Shown: piece by piece, positions 26,600-40,406 of the stretch
Layout of the letters: each line of letters opens with the position of its first letter
Position numbering within the stretch: position 1 is the first letter of the stretch
NCBI RefSeq assembly: GCF_009914755.1
Contig: NC_060936.1
DNA length: 64,000 nucleotides
Direction: 5' to 3' (one strand)
From: the human T2T-CHM13v2.0 reference genome, Homo sapiens
The notes under the pieces: generated by a model
What the model saw: only the letters and a program-made list of their open reading frames with translations
The model's database searches: none
What the model was told of the DNA's origin: nothing
Position numbers and translations under genes: made by a program

Positions 26600-26619
26600 C
26601 TAGTGTTGACTGACAGCCA

Positions 26620-29600
26620 GGAGGGCAATGCTTGCTAGAGCTTCTGGTCCAGTGGCCCTGCTTCTGTGGGAACTCAGCCAGTGGGTGCAGCCTCCTGTGG
26701 TCCCAGGAAGCATGTGGAGGGCAGGGCAGGCATTGTTACCCACCCCTGCCACTGGTAACCAGGCAAGCCACTCCTGCTAGAGCTTCTAGCTCAATGGTCC
26801 TACTTCTGCCTAAATTTGCCAAGGGACACAGCCTCCTGTTGCTCTGGAAACATCTGGATGTCTGGGCAGGGAACTCCACCCTCTCTTGCCCCCCATAGCC
26901 AGACGTGTCACACCCAGAGAGCTTCCAACACAGCAGTCCTGTTTCTGCCTGAGCTCTAAGGACAGGCGGGCACAACCCCATATTTCCCCAGGGAGCATAT
27001 GGGCAGCAGATTAGGACCAACCTGGTAAGTATACAGCTTGTCTGCCAATTGTGGCTCCTGCCTGAGGGGGCCTCATGGACCAGAATACTGAACAAAAGAA
27101 ATATGGGCATGAAAACAGTAATCAGAGGGGGCTCCTCAGAGACCCAGGAGCAGACTAGAATTGAAGCCAGTCAACCGAACCCACCTTATGCCATAATCAA
27201 ACCCCCTAGAACCTCAAAGAAGAAAAGAGCCAAAAAACCCATCCAAAGGACATCAACTTCATATACTGAAGAAATATCAGCCCACACAAATGAGAAAGAG
27301 CAAACACAAAAACTCTGGCAACTGAAAAAGCTAGAGTGCCTTTTTTCTTCTAAATGACTGCACTAGTTCCCCAGCAAGGGTTCTTAACAAGGTTGAAATG
27401 GCTGAAATGATATAAATAGAATTCAGAATATGGATAGAAACAAAGATCACAGAGATTCAAGAGAATATCAAACCCAATCTAAGGAAATTAAGAATCACAA
27501 TAAAATGATAAAGGAACAAAGTAGCCATTATAAAAAAGAAGGAAGCTGATGTGATAGAGCTTAAAAACACACTACAAGAATTAAATAATGCAATTGCAAG
27601 TATTAAAAGCAGAATAGACCTAGCTGAAGAAATCTCAGAGCTTGAGGGCTGGCTGTCTGAAATAATTCAGTCAAACAAAAATAAAGGAAGAAAATGAAGA
27701 AGAACAAACAAAGCCTCTGAGGAAGGCTTATGGGATTATGTAAAGGGACCAAATCTACAACTCACTGGTATCCCTGAAAGAGACAGGAAGAAAGCAAGCA
27801 ACTTGGAAAACATATTTCAGGATATCACCCATGAAAACTTCCCCAACTTTGCTAGATATGCCAACATTCAAATTCAGGAAATGTAGAGCACCCCTGTGAG
27901 ATATCACACAAGAAGAACGTCCCCAAGACACAATCATCAGATTCTCCAAGGTCAAAATGAAAGGAAAAATGTTAAGGGCAGCTAGAGAGAAGGGGCAGGT
28001 CACCTACAAAGGGAACCCCACCAGGCTAACAGTGGACCTTTCAGCAGAAACCCTACATGCCAGAAGAGATTGAGGTCCTATATTCAACATTCATAAAGAA
28101 AAAAATTTCCAACCAAAAATTTCATATCCAAACTAAGCTTCATAAGTGAAGGAGAAATAAGCCCCTTTTTCAGGCAAGCAAGTGCTGAGAGAATTTGTTA
28201 CTACCAGACCTGCCTGACAAGAGGTCCTGAAAGGAGCACTAAATATGGAAAGGAAAGACCATTGCCAGCCAATTTGAAAAAACACTTCCATACACAGAAC
28301 AGTGACATTATAAAGCAACAACACAAACAAATCTATGGCTAACAACATGAAGACAGGATCAAATCTGCACATATCAATACTAACTTTAAATGTAAATGGG
28401 CTAAATGCCTCAATTAAAAGGCACAGAATAGCAAGCTGGATAAAGAAACAAGACTTAATGGTATGCTGTCTTTAAGAGGCCCATCTCACATGTAGTGACA
28501 TCCATTGGCTCAAAATAAAGGGATGGAGAAAAATCTACCAAAGAAATGGAAAACAGAAAAAAAGCAAGAGTTACAATCCTAATTTCAGAAAAAAAAAAAA
28601 AAAACTGACTTTAAACCAACAAAGATAAAAAAAAGAAGGGCATTATATAGTACATGGTTCAATTCAATAAGACCTAATTATCCTAACTATACATGCATCC
28701 AATTCAGGGGCATCCAAATTCATAAAGCAAGTTCTTAGAGACCTAGGAAGAGACTTAGATCCCTATGCAATAATAGTGGGAAACTTCAACATCCCATTGA
28801 CAGTATTAGACAAATCATTGAAGCAGAAAATTAACACAGATATTCAGGACCTGAACTCAACACTTCACCAAATGAACCTCATAGACATCTACAAAACTCT
28901 CCACCCCTAAACAATAGAATATACATTCTTCTCATCACCACGTGGAACATACTCCAAAATCAACCACATAATCAGACATAAAACAATCCTTAGCAAATTC
29001 AAAAAAAAAAATTGAAACCATACCAACCATACTCTCAGACCACAGCACAATGAAAACAGAAATAAATACAAAGAAAATCACTCAAAATCATAAAATTACA
29101 TGGAAGTTAAACAACCTACTCCTGAATGACCTACCCCTTCCTTACACCACATACAAAATTAACTCAAGATGGATTAAATACTTAAATGTAAAACTCAAAA
29201 CTATAGAAACCCTGGAAGATAACCTAAGAAATACCATTCTGGACACAGAACTTGGCAAAGATTTCATGAGGAAGATGCCAAAAGCAATTGCAACAAAAAC
29301 AAAAATTGACAAACAGGATCTAATTAAAGTTAAGAGCATCTGCAGAGCAAAGGAAACTCAACAGAGTAAACAGACAACCTACATACAGAATGGAAAAAAA
29401 TATTTGCAAACTTAGCATCTGACAAAGGTCTCATATCCCGCACCTGTAAGGAAAATAAACAATTTTACAAGCAAAAACCAACCCCACTGAAAAGTGAGCA
29501 AAGGACATGAACAGACATTTTTCAAAAGAAGACATATATATGGCCAATAAGCATATGAGAAAATGCTTAACATCACTAATCATTTGAGAAATGCAAATCA

Positions 29601-30345
29601 ATACCACAATGAGATACCATCTCACACCAGTCAGATGGCCTATTATTAGAAAGTCAAAAAATAGCAGATGCTGGTGAGGTTGTGGAGAAAAGGGAATGCT
29701 GATACGGTGCTGGTGGGAATGCAAATTAGTTCAGCCACTATGGAAAGCAGTTTGGTGATTCCTCAAAGAGCTAAAAACAGAACTACCATTCAATCCAGCA
29801 ATCCTATTATTGGGTACATACCCAAAGGAATATAAATCATTCTACCATAAAGATACATGCACGCGAATGTTCATTGCTACACTATTCACAATAGCAAAGA
29901 CATGAAATTAACCTAAATGGCCATCAGTGCTAGACTGGATAAAGAAAATGTGGTACATATACACCATGGAATACTATGCAGCCATAAAAGAGAATGAGAT
30001 CATGTCCTTTGCAGGGACATGGATGGAGCTAGAGGCCATTATCCTAACTAATACAGGAATAGAAAACCAAATACTCCATGTTCTTGCTTACAAGTGGGAG
30101 ATCAACAAGGAGAACACATGGATACTAGGAGGAGAATAACACACACTGGGGTCTATGGAAGGCTGGAGGGTGGGAAGGGGAGAGGATCAGAGAAAAATAC
30201 CTCTTGAGTACTGTGCTTATTACCTGGGTGATGAAACTATCTGTAATCAAAGCCCTGTGACACGCAGGTGACCTATTAATATATAACAAACCTGTACGTG
30301 TACCCCCAAACCTGAAATAAAAGTTAAAAACACACAAAAAGAAAA
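26620..30345 (+). mobile_element. Degenerate L1PA15/16-like element: 5'UTR, ORF1, endonuclease, large internal ORF2 deletion, 3' end
   Basis: ORF1/ORF2 remnants with stops; junction CTCCTGAATGAC|CTACCCCTTCCTTACACC near 29130. Confidence 0.88.
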
Positions 30346-30410
30346 AAACAAACAAAAAACCCCCCACTACTGTTGTGATAAGAATAGAGCAGCAAACAAA
30401 GTGGACCCAA

Positions 30411-30575
30411 ACAGCACCGCCCTCACGGAGCTTAAGTTCCAAGGAGGACAGTCAGAAGATGAATACAGCACCGCCCTCATGGAGTTTAGATTCCAATGAG
30501 GACAGTCAGACGATGAATACAGCACCGCCCTCACAGAGCTTAGGTTCCAACGAGGACAGTCAGAAGATGAATACA
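30411..30575 (+). repeat. 54-bp tandem repeat, 3 copies
   Basis: ACAGCACCGCCCTCA(C/T)(G/A)GAG...GGACAGTCAGA(A/C)GATGAAT at 30411, 30465, 30519. Confidence 0.95.
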
Positions 30576-30968
30576 ACAAACAAAAATATATAGTGTATCT
30601 GTGAATACATAAACGTATGCTATGTATGACATATACGCATATATGAATAGAAGTTCAGCAGGGATGGGGAAGGCAGTGCTGTGGGTGTCTGTGAAGATTT
30701 TGCTGACGCTGCTCAGAAAAGGCCTTGGGGAGAAGATGAGGCGAGGGAGCCGTACAGGCATCCAGGGAAAGAGAGTTAAAGGCAGAGGGAGGAGAGGGGA
30801 TGCCTGTCCTGTTACAGGAGTGGCCGAGTCTCCAGTGTGGCCAGAGTGGAGGCAGCCAGAGGGGCTGTGCCTAGCGTGAGGCCAGCGTTACAGCAGGTAT
30901 GGCTGCAAAGGTTTGATTCTGTCTCTGTAAATACTTTGGCTTTTACTGTGAGGAGGGGAAGCCAGTGA

Positions 30969-31256
30969 ATTTTTTTTATATAAAAAAAGTATTGATCCAT
31001 AATTAATGTACATATTTTGGGGTCCACGTGGCCATTTAATACATTCATAAAATTTGTGGAGATCAAATCAGTGTAACTGAGATAGCCTCCACCTAAGATA
31101 TTTGTTGTTTCTTTATGCTAGGAATGTTAGTATTATTCTCTAGCTATTTTGAAATATGTAATAGATTATTGTAAACTGTCGTCACCCAACTGATCTATCT
31201 AACATGAGGTCTTATTTCTTCTTTCAAACTGCACATCTGTGTCCACTCATCAGCCT
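30969..31256 (-). mobile_element. L1MA 3' end nested in L2 remnants (~30650-31510)
   Basis: GTACATATTTTGGGG...CTAGCTATTTTGAAATAT L1MA 3'UTR pattern. Confidence 0.75.
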
Positions 31257-32629
31257 GAGGGGCCGAGCAGAGGAGTGACATGGTCATATCGCCCGTGACC
31301 GCCCTGGCTGTAGCACTAAAGAGGGGTTATGGGAGAGGAGGTAAGGACAGGCCCTAGGTCACCAGCAAGGTGGTCAATGCTTTGAGGTGATTGTGTCTGG
31401 GATTGGGGTGGTGGCAGGACCCGAGGAGGGCTGGATCCTGGCTATCCTTGGAAGGCACTGCCAACAGGATTTGATGAAGGCTTGGGTGTGCAGAGAGGGG
31501 AGAAATGTAAGATAAGCCTAGATATTGGCTGGAGTCAGTGAAGGAAGTTGTCCTGTGCTGATGTGAAGAAGATTCTGGAATGAGTAGGTAGGAGTGCTGT
31601 ATGATGTCATGTGTTCCGCTGCCCTGTTGCTTTCTGACATCTCTGCCTTCTCTCTGAAACCCATAAGGATGGACGTCCATCTCATTTATGTGGTCCTAGA
31701 GTCTTGAACAGTACCTAGCACTTAGTGGGGATTTGATTCGCATTTGTTGACTGCGTTTTAAGTGAGCAAAAATGCTCCCTGAAGGTTTGCTTCAGAGCAG
31801 AGTGGTTACACCAATTCCTGTCCGGGAATTGTCCTGTGCTCCAGCCATGGCTAGGACTCATGTGGAGGGAGTCTCCCGGAGCCTCGTGAAGCCCTTCTCG
31901 CTGTCCCGGGCTTTTGTTGGCAGCCTCCTCCTTTGAGGAGGTGCCTGCTGCATCTGTCACTGCAGCCCTGTCTCTGGAGTGGGCGGAGGCAGCCTGGGGA
32001 ACCCATTTATCTCCTGCAGGCTGGAAGTGTGCTATGAGGTTCCTGGCAGAGCAAGACTCCATCTCCCCAGCCTCCTCCATCCGTCTCCCAGGGTGCCTTT
32101 GTTTTGAATCATTTTTGATTTCAATTTAAGAAGAGAAAGAAGAGGCTGAGACGAAGGAAGGAGGGGTGAGCGCTGTTCATCCACATCCCTAGCTCACGTG
32201 GAATTTTGTGGGCTGGGCAGAGGAATGGAGAATGATTTCCTCTTCCTCCCTTGGCCAGTACTGTAAATCAAAGCTGGGAGTAGTTGTACACCTTATACCA
32301 CCATTGATTTTACACGAATGCTGTGTGCTATAGAATCATCCCGGAGTGTGGCCACATACCCATCCATCTAGGTTCTAGGGCTCCTTCCCTTCTTCTCCCC
32401 TGCCTGGGGTGGGTGGAGGGTAAGCGGGTCCCTGCCTCCCACGACAATCTCCCTGGGGATCTGGGAAGAGGCCAAGGGCATTCGGCGAACACAGAGTGTC
32501 AAGGGACAGCCTCCCAGACTCGGAGTCACCAGCCAGAGCACTTTTTCATTCTGTCCAATATTTGTGCCACGGAGAATGTCCTGATTTAAGTGGCAGGATA
32601 ACCAGAATGGGATGGGAGGGATCCTGTGG

Positions 32630-32662
32630 GACCCAGAGGTCCCAGAGGTCCCAGAGGTCCCA
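32630..32662 (-). repeat. 9-bp micro-tandem (TGGGACCTC)x3.5, forming a G4 motif on the transcribed strand
   Basis: Plus strand GACCCAGAG GTCCCAGAG GTCCCAGAG GTCCCA. Confidence 0.9.
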
Positions 32663-32725
32663 AGCTGGTCCAGGAGCACAGAAGCTGACATGACAGCAGG
32701 TTTCTGCAGGGGCGGGGAGGTGTCA

Positions 32726-33350
<625 letters not shown>

Positions 33351-36300
33351 TGCATCAGCTAACTCAAATAGGTCTAAACGTGGACATGACGACGGTAGCT
33401 TAAGCCGCCGAAGGATGGCCAGAGGGGCCTGGTGTTGTGAAAGAAGCTTGATGAGCAGCACCGCACCACCAGTGCGAGGTATGTGAGGGAGACAAAGGCA
33501 GGGAGAGAGCCCTCGCTCTCTGTGCTCTCTTGCTCTGGCTTGCTTTCACTCTGTTTCAATTTTCTAGGCTTTTATTGGGTCCTGGCCTCCAGACGTGTCT
33601 GGAATGTTGCTGTGGCTCCAACAGCACTCCCACATCCCCACTGATGCGACCCACGATGCACCACACACATCCACACTCACCCAAACATGCGTTTTGCTGT
33701 AAACCCTTCTTTCATCGAGCAGCTCAAGACAGGTGTCTTTAGGGATGTCCCGGCTTGCCCCAAGTATTTGCTTTCAGAATTAAGAATGTCCTGAACCTTT
33801 CCCCTTGGTAGCACCTAACAGTTGCTGTTTTACTTTTACTTATAGTTATTTAATCCCTTTATCTCTCTTCCAGACTCTAAGCTCCATGGGGCTGTATCTG
33901 CTTTCTGCTCACCAGCACCCAGCGCAGAGCTTAGCTACAACGAATGGTGTTAATGTTTGTCAAGTGCATAAATAGGACTCAACAGGGAAAGGACTGGGAT
34001 TTACATCCTCACCTTCTTGCTCCCCAGCTCCTCACACTGTATGCATGAATCTCCTTTTTTCAGGCACACCTATGCCTCGGTGGTGTTTCCCAGACATCGA
34101 GCATCTCTGGATCTCATGACACCCTGCATCTCTCTCTCCAGCACACCCATGCTCATCCTCAGTGACTCCTCTAGAATTCTTGTGATTTTTTAACTGGTGG
34201 GGGACAGAGAGATCATAGGAGCCCATTTTTCAGATAGAGAAAACTGAGCCTCAAGACCCGGTAAGTGAATCTCATTCTTCTCTGCAGAGATTGCATTTTC
34301 TATCACAAAAACGTAGAAGTCCCAATATAACCCCACATCTCTGTATAATACAACTTCCAAGTCCTAGCTCACAATGTTCTTTGCTCAGTTTCAGCTCATT
34401 ACATTCCAGTGGTGTCCCTAAGAGGTGTTTTATCAACATGCCACATTGCGTTTCTTCTGTTAACTATGAACGTATCTGTCTTTTCCTTGACACAATAACA
34501 TCAAAAGATCTGGGTGGGTGCTAGTTGCTGGTTAGGGTGGATCTAAAACAATTGTCATTTTACTTTCACTCATGGTTATTCAATCGCTTTATTTTCCTTC
34601 TAAGACTGCGAGCTCAGTAGGGCTGTATCTATGTCATTTTGAGAGATGAGCTTGCAAAGATTCTTGTTACTTTGATTCTCATGTGAAATGTAAAATGCCT
34701 GTTAGTAGAATGCCAGCAGAAGGAATAGAAGTTTATCATCCTAAAATTACATAACTATTTTCATTATGTTAACTATTTCTTAGATAAGATCTTATTTGTC
34801 ATTTATGGGATGAGATTTGTCTATAACCAGCTCACTGGGGTTAGGCTTTGGATGTAGCAATACATATATTATTCATTATTTTAATTCTAAAAGACAAGAC
34901 TCCAATTTGGAATGCTCCTGAAGTTCAGAGACCATGTTTCAAACTGTTGGAATATGCATAGGCCTTCAAAGTCCCATTATCCATACACTTTTTCTCCTCT
35001 GTGGGTTCCCAGCCTGATTTTACTTTAATTCGAATAAAAACATGGCACAAACATGAAGGGGCAAAATCAGTATATGATGCTATTTCCTGCTGCCTCTAGG
35101 CAGGAAAAATTAGCTTTAATGGCAAAAATCACCATTACTTTTGCACCAACCTAACTTTTTTTTCTACTCTAAAGGGGGAGGATCAAAAGGAACAAGTGGT
35201 ATTCTGGAAAAAAGTGGAACAATGCTGTTTAACTTGCTGGCCGAAACTGGCTCATCACAAAGGAGAGAGACAGACGAGGGAGCAGTGTGGCCACTTCTGA
35301 CATCAGTCTCAGGGAAAACAGTTTCTCACATTCGTGGTAAAAACTGAAGAGCATCTCCACTCTAACGATAAAAATCAAAAGGCCTTTCATGTTTTTGCAC
35401 ATTCAGGTTAATATAATGAGAAATGACGCTGGGAATGACTGATGAGCAGCTGTAAGCCCATATGTCTGGGGTGTTGCCTTTTTCTCTGAATAGCATACGT
35501 GTTTCTGCCTACCAAGATCTCAGCGTGGCTGAGTGACTGAGCCTTCAGGCTTGGTATTTCCCTGCCTCCTCTGTGTATTTCCAATTCTTTGACGTCACGA
35601 ATTTTCTGTTTTGGACAGCTTTGCCTTTTCCAGGAGGTGAATGGTACGGGGATGACTCACAGAAGTCTTCAGATAAGAGGAGGACAAAAGAGACCCTTGT
35701 TCAGTGGCAGAAGTACCTGTAAAGCCTTAGCTTTGCCTGAGATATGACCTATAACTGCTCTGATTTTTGGACCCCAGAAAACCCTTGAAAGCTCAGCTTC
35801 CTTATTGCTGCGTGGTCACCTTATCACAGCACTGCAGAGCCTAGGAAATAAAGGCACAGACTCTCTTTAGAAAACATATCTCCTTCCCGTCAGTCAATCA
35901 TAATCCTTATTGTCACTTCATACACCCTTTCTGCTACTTGGGCATTATCTGTGTGCCAGTAAGGATCTCTGACAAAGCACTACAGAACTTTAGGCACTCC
36001 AGAGTCAAGGAGGAGGTAGAATAGCAGAGAATAGGCTGGATGTGGCACTGAGAAGGTATCACCATTAAAGTGAGGCTTCAGATATTTTTCCTGGGGGCTC
36101 ACTGTCATCCATTATAGGGAAACAATAACAGCCCCTGTCTTGCTAGAGAAATAATGACCCATGTCTTAGTTTGAGCCAGCCTGGAAGTAGATCCTGGGAC
36201 AAAGATTCAAGAGCAATTTATCTGGGACATTCAGGAAACTTCAATAGGAGAGTGTGCAAGTGACACGGGGAAAAGGAGGCTACTAACAAGTTGTGTAGAT

Positions 36301-36385
36301 TAAACCAGTTATCACAGTGGGCACCTGGGGCTGATCCTGCAGGGGATGATGTATTTCACGACATATATTGTATATTCTGTGTGTG

Positions 36386-37098
36386 TGTCTTAGTTCATTT
36401 GTATTGCTATAAAGAAATACCAGGCTAGGTGCAGTGGCTCACACCTGCAATCCCAGCCCTTTGGGAGGCTGAGGCAGGTGGATCACTTGAACCCAGGAGT
36501 TCGAGACCAGCCTGGGCAATACAGTGAGACCCTGTCTCTACAAACAAATAGAAAAAAGTTTATCCAGGTGTGATGGTACATGCCTGTAGTCCCAACTACT
36601 TGAATGGCTAGGTGAAAGGACCACCTGAGCCCAGCGAGGTCAAGGCTGCAGTGAGTCGTGATTGTGCGACTGCACCACAGCCTGGGCAACAGAGCGAGGC
36701 CTTCTCTCAAAACAAACAAAACAAAACAAAACAAAACAAAAAAACCTAGAGAGGCTGGGTAATTTATAAGAATAAAAGGTTTGCTTGGTTCCTGATTCTG
36801 CTGGCTGAAAGATTGGGCATCTGGAGAAAGCCTTGTGGAGGAGGGCGAAGGGAGCAGGCATGTGCAGAGATCACCTAGTAGTAGAGGAAGCAAGGGAGAA
36901 GAACAGGGGAAGTGCCAGGCTTTTAACAATGCTGAGAACTCCATCACTGCCCCACGCCCACTGCCAACCAGAGAGGGACTTTACCTACTCATGAGGGATT
37001 CACTCCCATGACCCAAATACCTCCCATGGCCCTACCTCCAACCCGGGGGATCACATTTCAACATGAGGTTTGGGGGAACAGACATTCCAACCGTAGCA
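36386..37098 (-). mobile_element. MST(B)-type LTR interrupted by an AluJ
   Basis: TGTCTTAGTTCATTTGTATTGCTATAAAGAAATACC...CCAACCGTAGCA; GTGTG on both flanks. Confidence 0.8.
36423..36744 (+). mobile_element. AluJ with (AAAAC)n tail
   Basis: GAGGTCAAGGCTGCAGTGAG AluJ right arm. Confidence 0.93.
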
Positions 37099-37879
37099 GT
37101 GTGTAAATGTGTATGTATCTCAATAGATTGAAATCTATTATGATGTATTTCCCTGCAGGGGATTTCTCTAGAATATACACCTAAGAATAGTTTCGTTGAG
37201 GGCTGAGGGAGCTGGGGTATTTATACACCAAACCTAAGTGCTGCTCCTAAACAGACCACTGCTTAGCACTTCCAGCCCACTGCATGTGCAGACAAAACAG
37301 ACTTCTACTATTTCAAAGGAAGCTCCCGATGGATGGTGACACTTGGACCTGGTCTGGAGAACACTGCTGTGCTAGGGTACAAGGGAAATGTGTAGGGCCC
37401 TAACTGAGTCTGCTACAACATCACTGAAGTAATCTGTCATGCAGTGGTCTGATGGATTGGAACCAGAATTAGAGTGCTTTTTATTTTGATTTTTGTTTTT
37501 TTAAATTTCCTCATGTTTCTGGTATCCTGATGTTATGCTTCAAGTATCAGCATAGTCATTTATTCATGTTGACCTTTGAAAATTAATTGTAAAAGAGACA
37601 AGGAAAATAATGGATAGAGAAAAACACTGCACAAGGGAAGCTTTTAAACATCTTAAGAGATTGATCTCTGTGTTAGACAGTTTGTTGCCCATTCAATGTC
37701 TGTTCTGCCTTTCTTTCTGACAAAACCCCAATTTCATTTGTGGCTGTAACATGCCTGAATAAAATGACTATAGTTTTTGGCTGCCCTTAATCTCTGACAC
37801 ATTTCTGGCCCAGAAGATATCAATAAAAGTCATTTAGTGAGACTTCCAGAAAATTTTGTGAAAAAACAAACAAAAACTC

Positions 37880-38730
37880 AAAAGAAGACAGACACACAGA
37901 CAATACTCACATAAAAAAGCTCAACATCATTGATCACTAGAGAAATGCAAATCAAAACCACAATGAGATATCATCTCACACCAGTCAGAATAGCTATTAT
38001 TAAAAAGATTTTTAAAAACCCACAGATACTGGTGACATTGTGGGGTAAAGGGAATACTTATATACTGTGGGTAGGAGTGTAAATTAGTTCAACCTTTGTG
38101 GAAGACGGTGTGGTGATTCCTTAAAGAGATAAAAACAGAAATACATTTGACCCAGCAATCCCATTACCAAGTATAGACCCAAAGGAATATAAATCATTCT
38201 ACCATGAAGACACAGGCATGTGCATGTATACTGCAGCAGTATTCACAATAGCAAAGACATGAAATCTACCTAGATGTCCATCAATGGTAGACTGGATAGA
38301 GAAAATGTGATACATATACACCATGGAATACTATGCAGCCATAAAAAAGAATGAGATCATGTCCTTTGCAGGGACATGGTTGGAGCTGGAGGCCATTATC
38401 CTTGGCAAACTAACACAGAAACAGAAAACAACATACCACCTGTTCTCGCTTATACCACATGTTCTCGCTTATAAGTGGGGGCTAAATGATGAGAACACAT
38501 GAACACATAGAGGGTAACAACACACACTGGGGCCTATGTGAGGGTGGAGGTTGGGAGGAGGGAGAAGATCAGGAAAAACAACCAATGGGTAGTAGGCTTA
38601 ATACCTGGGTGGGGAAATAATTGGTAAAACAAACCTCCATGACACATTTCCCTTTGTAACAAACCTGCACATGTACTCCTTAATTTAAAATAAGAGTTAC
38701 ATAAAAATTAAATTAAGGTGAAAAAAATAA
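37880..38730 (+). mobile_element. L1PA (~PA12-13) 3' end with a private 19-bp tandem duplication
   Basis: ORF2 C-terminus and 3'UTR; ATACCAC(C/A)TGTTCTCGCTT twice at 38433-38470. Confidence 0.88.
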
Positions 38731-38907
38731 GAAGAACTAAGCAGATTCTGAAAGATGTCTTTCCTTTCTTCCTGCCCACTAGGCACAGATAATGTTGGAG
38801 TTAAACCGCATCTTGTGACTCAAAGGTGGTGGTATGTGGTTAAAAGACACGTGGTTTCAGTGTAGTGAACTATTAATAGTTAAGTGCAGGGACTCTCTCT
38901 TGGATTG

Positions 38908-39276
38908 TGCATTAGTCTGTTTTCACACTGCTGATATACCCAAGACTGGGTAATTTATACAGAAAAAGAGGTTTAATGGACTCAGTTCCAGGTGGCTGGG
39001 GAGGCCTCACAGTCATGGCGGAAGGTGAGGGAAGAACAAAGGCATGTCTTACATGGCGTGGGGCAAAGAGAGAAGGAGAGCCAAGTGAAAGGGGAAACCC
39101 CAAATAAAATCATCAGATCTCCTGAGACTTACTCACTACCATGAGAACAGTGTGGGGGAAACCGCCCGAATACATGATTCAATTATCTCCCACCAGGTCC
39201 CTCCCACAACATGTGGGAATTATAGGAGCTACAATTCAAGATGAGATTTGGGTGGGGACACAGCCAAACCATATCA
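38908..39276 (-). mobile_element. THE1(D)-type solo LTR inserted in a MIR
   Basis: TGCATTAGTCTG...CCAAACCATATCA; TSD-like GATTG/GACTG; MIR resumes at 39277. Confidence 0.9.
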
Positions 39277-39514
39277 GACTGCCTGCGTTTGAATCCTGGT
39301 TGTGACACTACCAGCTGGGTGGCTCCAAGCAAGTTACTTAACTCTTCGTGCCTAATTCTCTTCGGCTATAACATGAGCATAATGATGGTATGTACCTCTT
39401 GGGTTTGCCCTAGATTTGGTGCGTTAGTATTTGTAGAGTGTTTAGAACAGCACCTGGTAACTAATAAATGCCCTCCCAAATGTCTGATAAATAAGCACAG
39501 ATGAATGATGACCA

Positions 39515-39933
39515 TGGTGTGTTGAGTACTAAGTTCATGTCCACCTGAATGTGAGCTTATTTGGAATCAGTATCTCTGTAGATGTGATTAGTTGAGACAT
39601 GGTCTTAATGGATTAAGGTGGGATTGTGGGTGTCCTTACAAGAAGAGAAAACACAGACAGACACACAGGGAGGATGGCACAGGAAGATGGAGCCAGAGAT
39701 TGGGGTGATCCATCCGTAAGCTGAGGAATATCAAGAATTGGCACAACCCACAGAAGCTGGAAGAGGTAGGAAGGATGCTTCCCTAGAGTCTCCAGAGGGA
39801 GCATGGCCCTGGTCACACCATAATGTTAGACTTGCAGCCCCCAGAACAGTGATGGAGTGAGTGTCTCTTGTTTTTAGCCATCACGTTGTGTTACTTCATC
39901 ACTTCAGTACAGCAGCACTAGGAAGCGAATACA
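39515..39933 (+). mobile_element. MLT1B/C LTR
   Basis: GAATGTGAGCTTATTTGGAA...GAGGGAGCATGGCCCTG...GCACTAGGAAGCGAATACA. Confidence 0.8.
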
Positions 39934-40406
39934 GTGACTAGTCAAAAAGGAAGCGCCTGGATGCCAGAAGCATGGCCACACTCACCCTGGGCATCCACCT
40001 CCAAGCATGTTTGCAGAGAGAATTAAGAGCTTGCTCATTCTAACCATTGATTTCCAAGTTCTGTTACTCACAGATAATCACCATCTTAACTGATGCAACC
40101 TGAAAGGGGACCGCCTCATGATTTCTTATCGGTCTTAAGCCAAAACGAATAAGTTAAATTGACTTATTTAAATTGACTTATTTTTTTGTAACGGGAAAAA
40201 ACATTTTTTGTTGTTGTTGTTGTTGTTCTTTTTTGTCCCTAAAGTTATTACAGCCTCTTTAGAGATCACTTGCCATTTTAATATATGGTTGTGAAATGAT
40301 CCCATAAATGTTAAAATAGATGAGTATGGTTAGAAGAAATAAAAATAGTGTAATGTGAGCTGCATCAACTGATTCCTTCCTAAACAAAAGCATCAAAGTG
40401 CTTAAC

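Larger units (their letters stand above)
36162..37420. mobile_element. LTR16-like ERVL LTR split by nested insertions
   Basis: TGTCTTAG start; resumes at 37152 (GAGCTGGGGTATTTATACACCA); ends CTGCTACAACA. Confidence 0.55.

Noticed and set aside
26620-30345. Active L1
   Set aside because: Numerous stops and frameshifts, and the RT region is deleted
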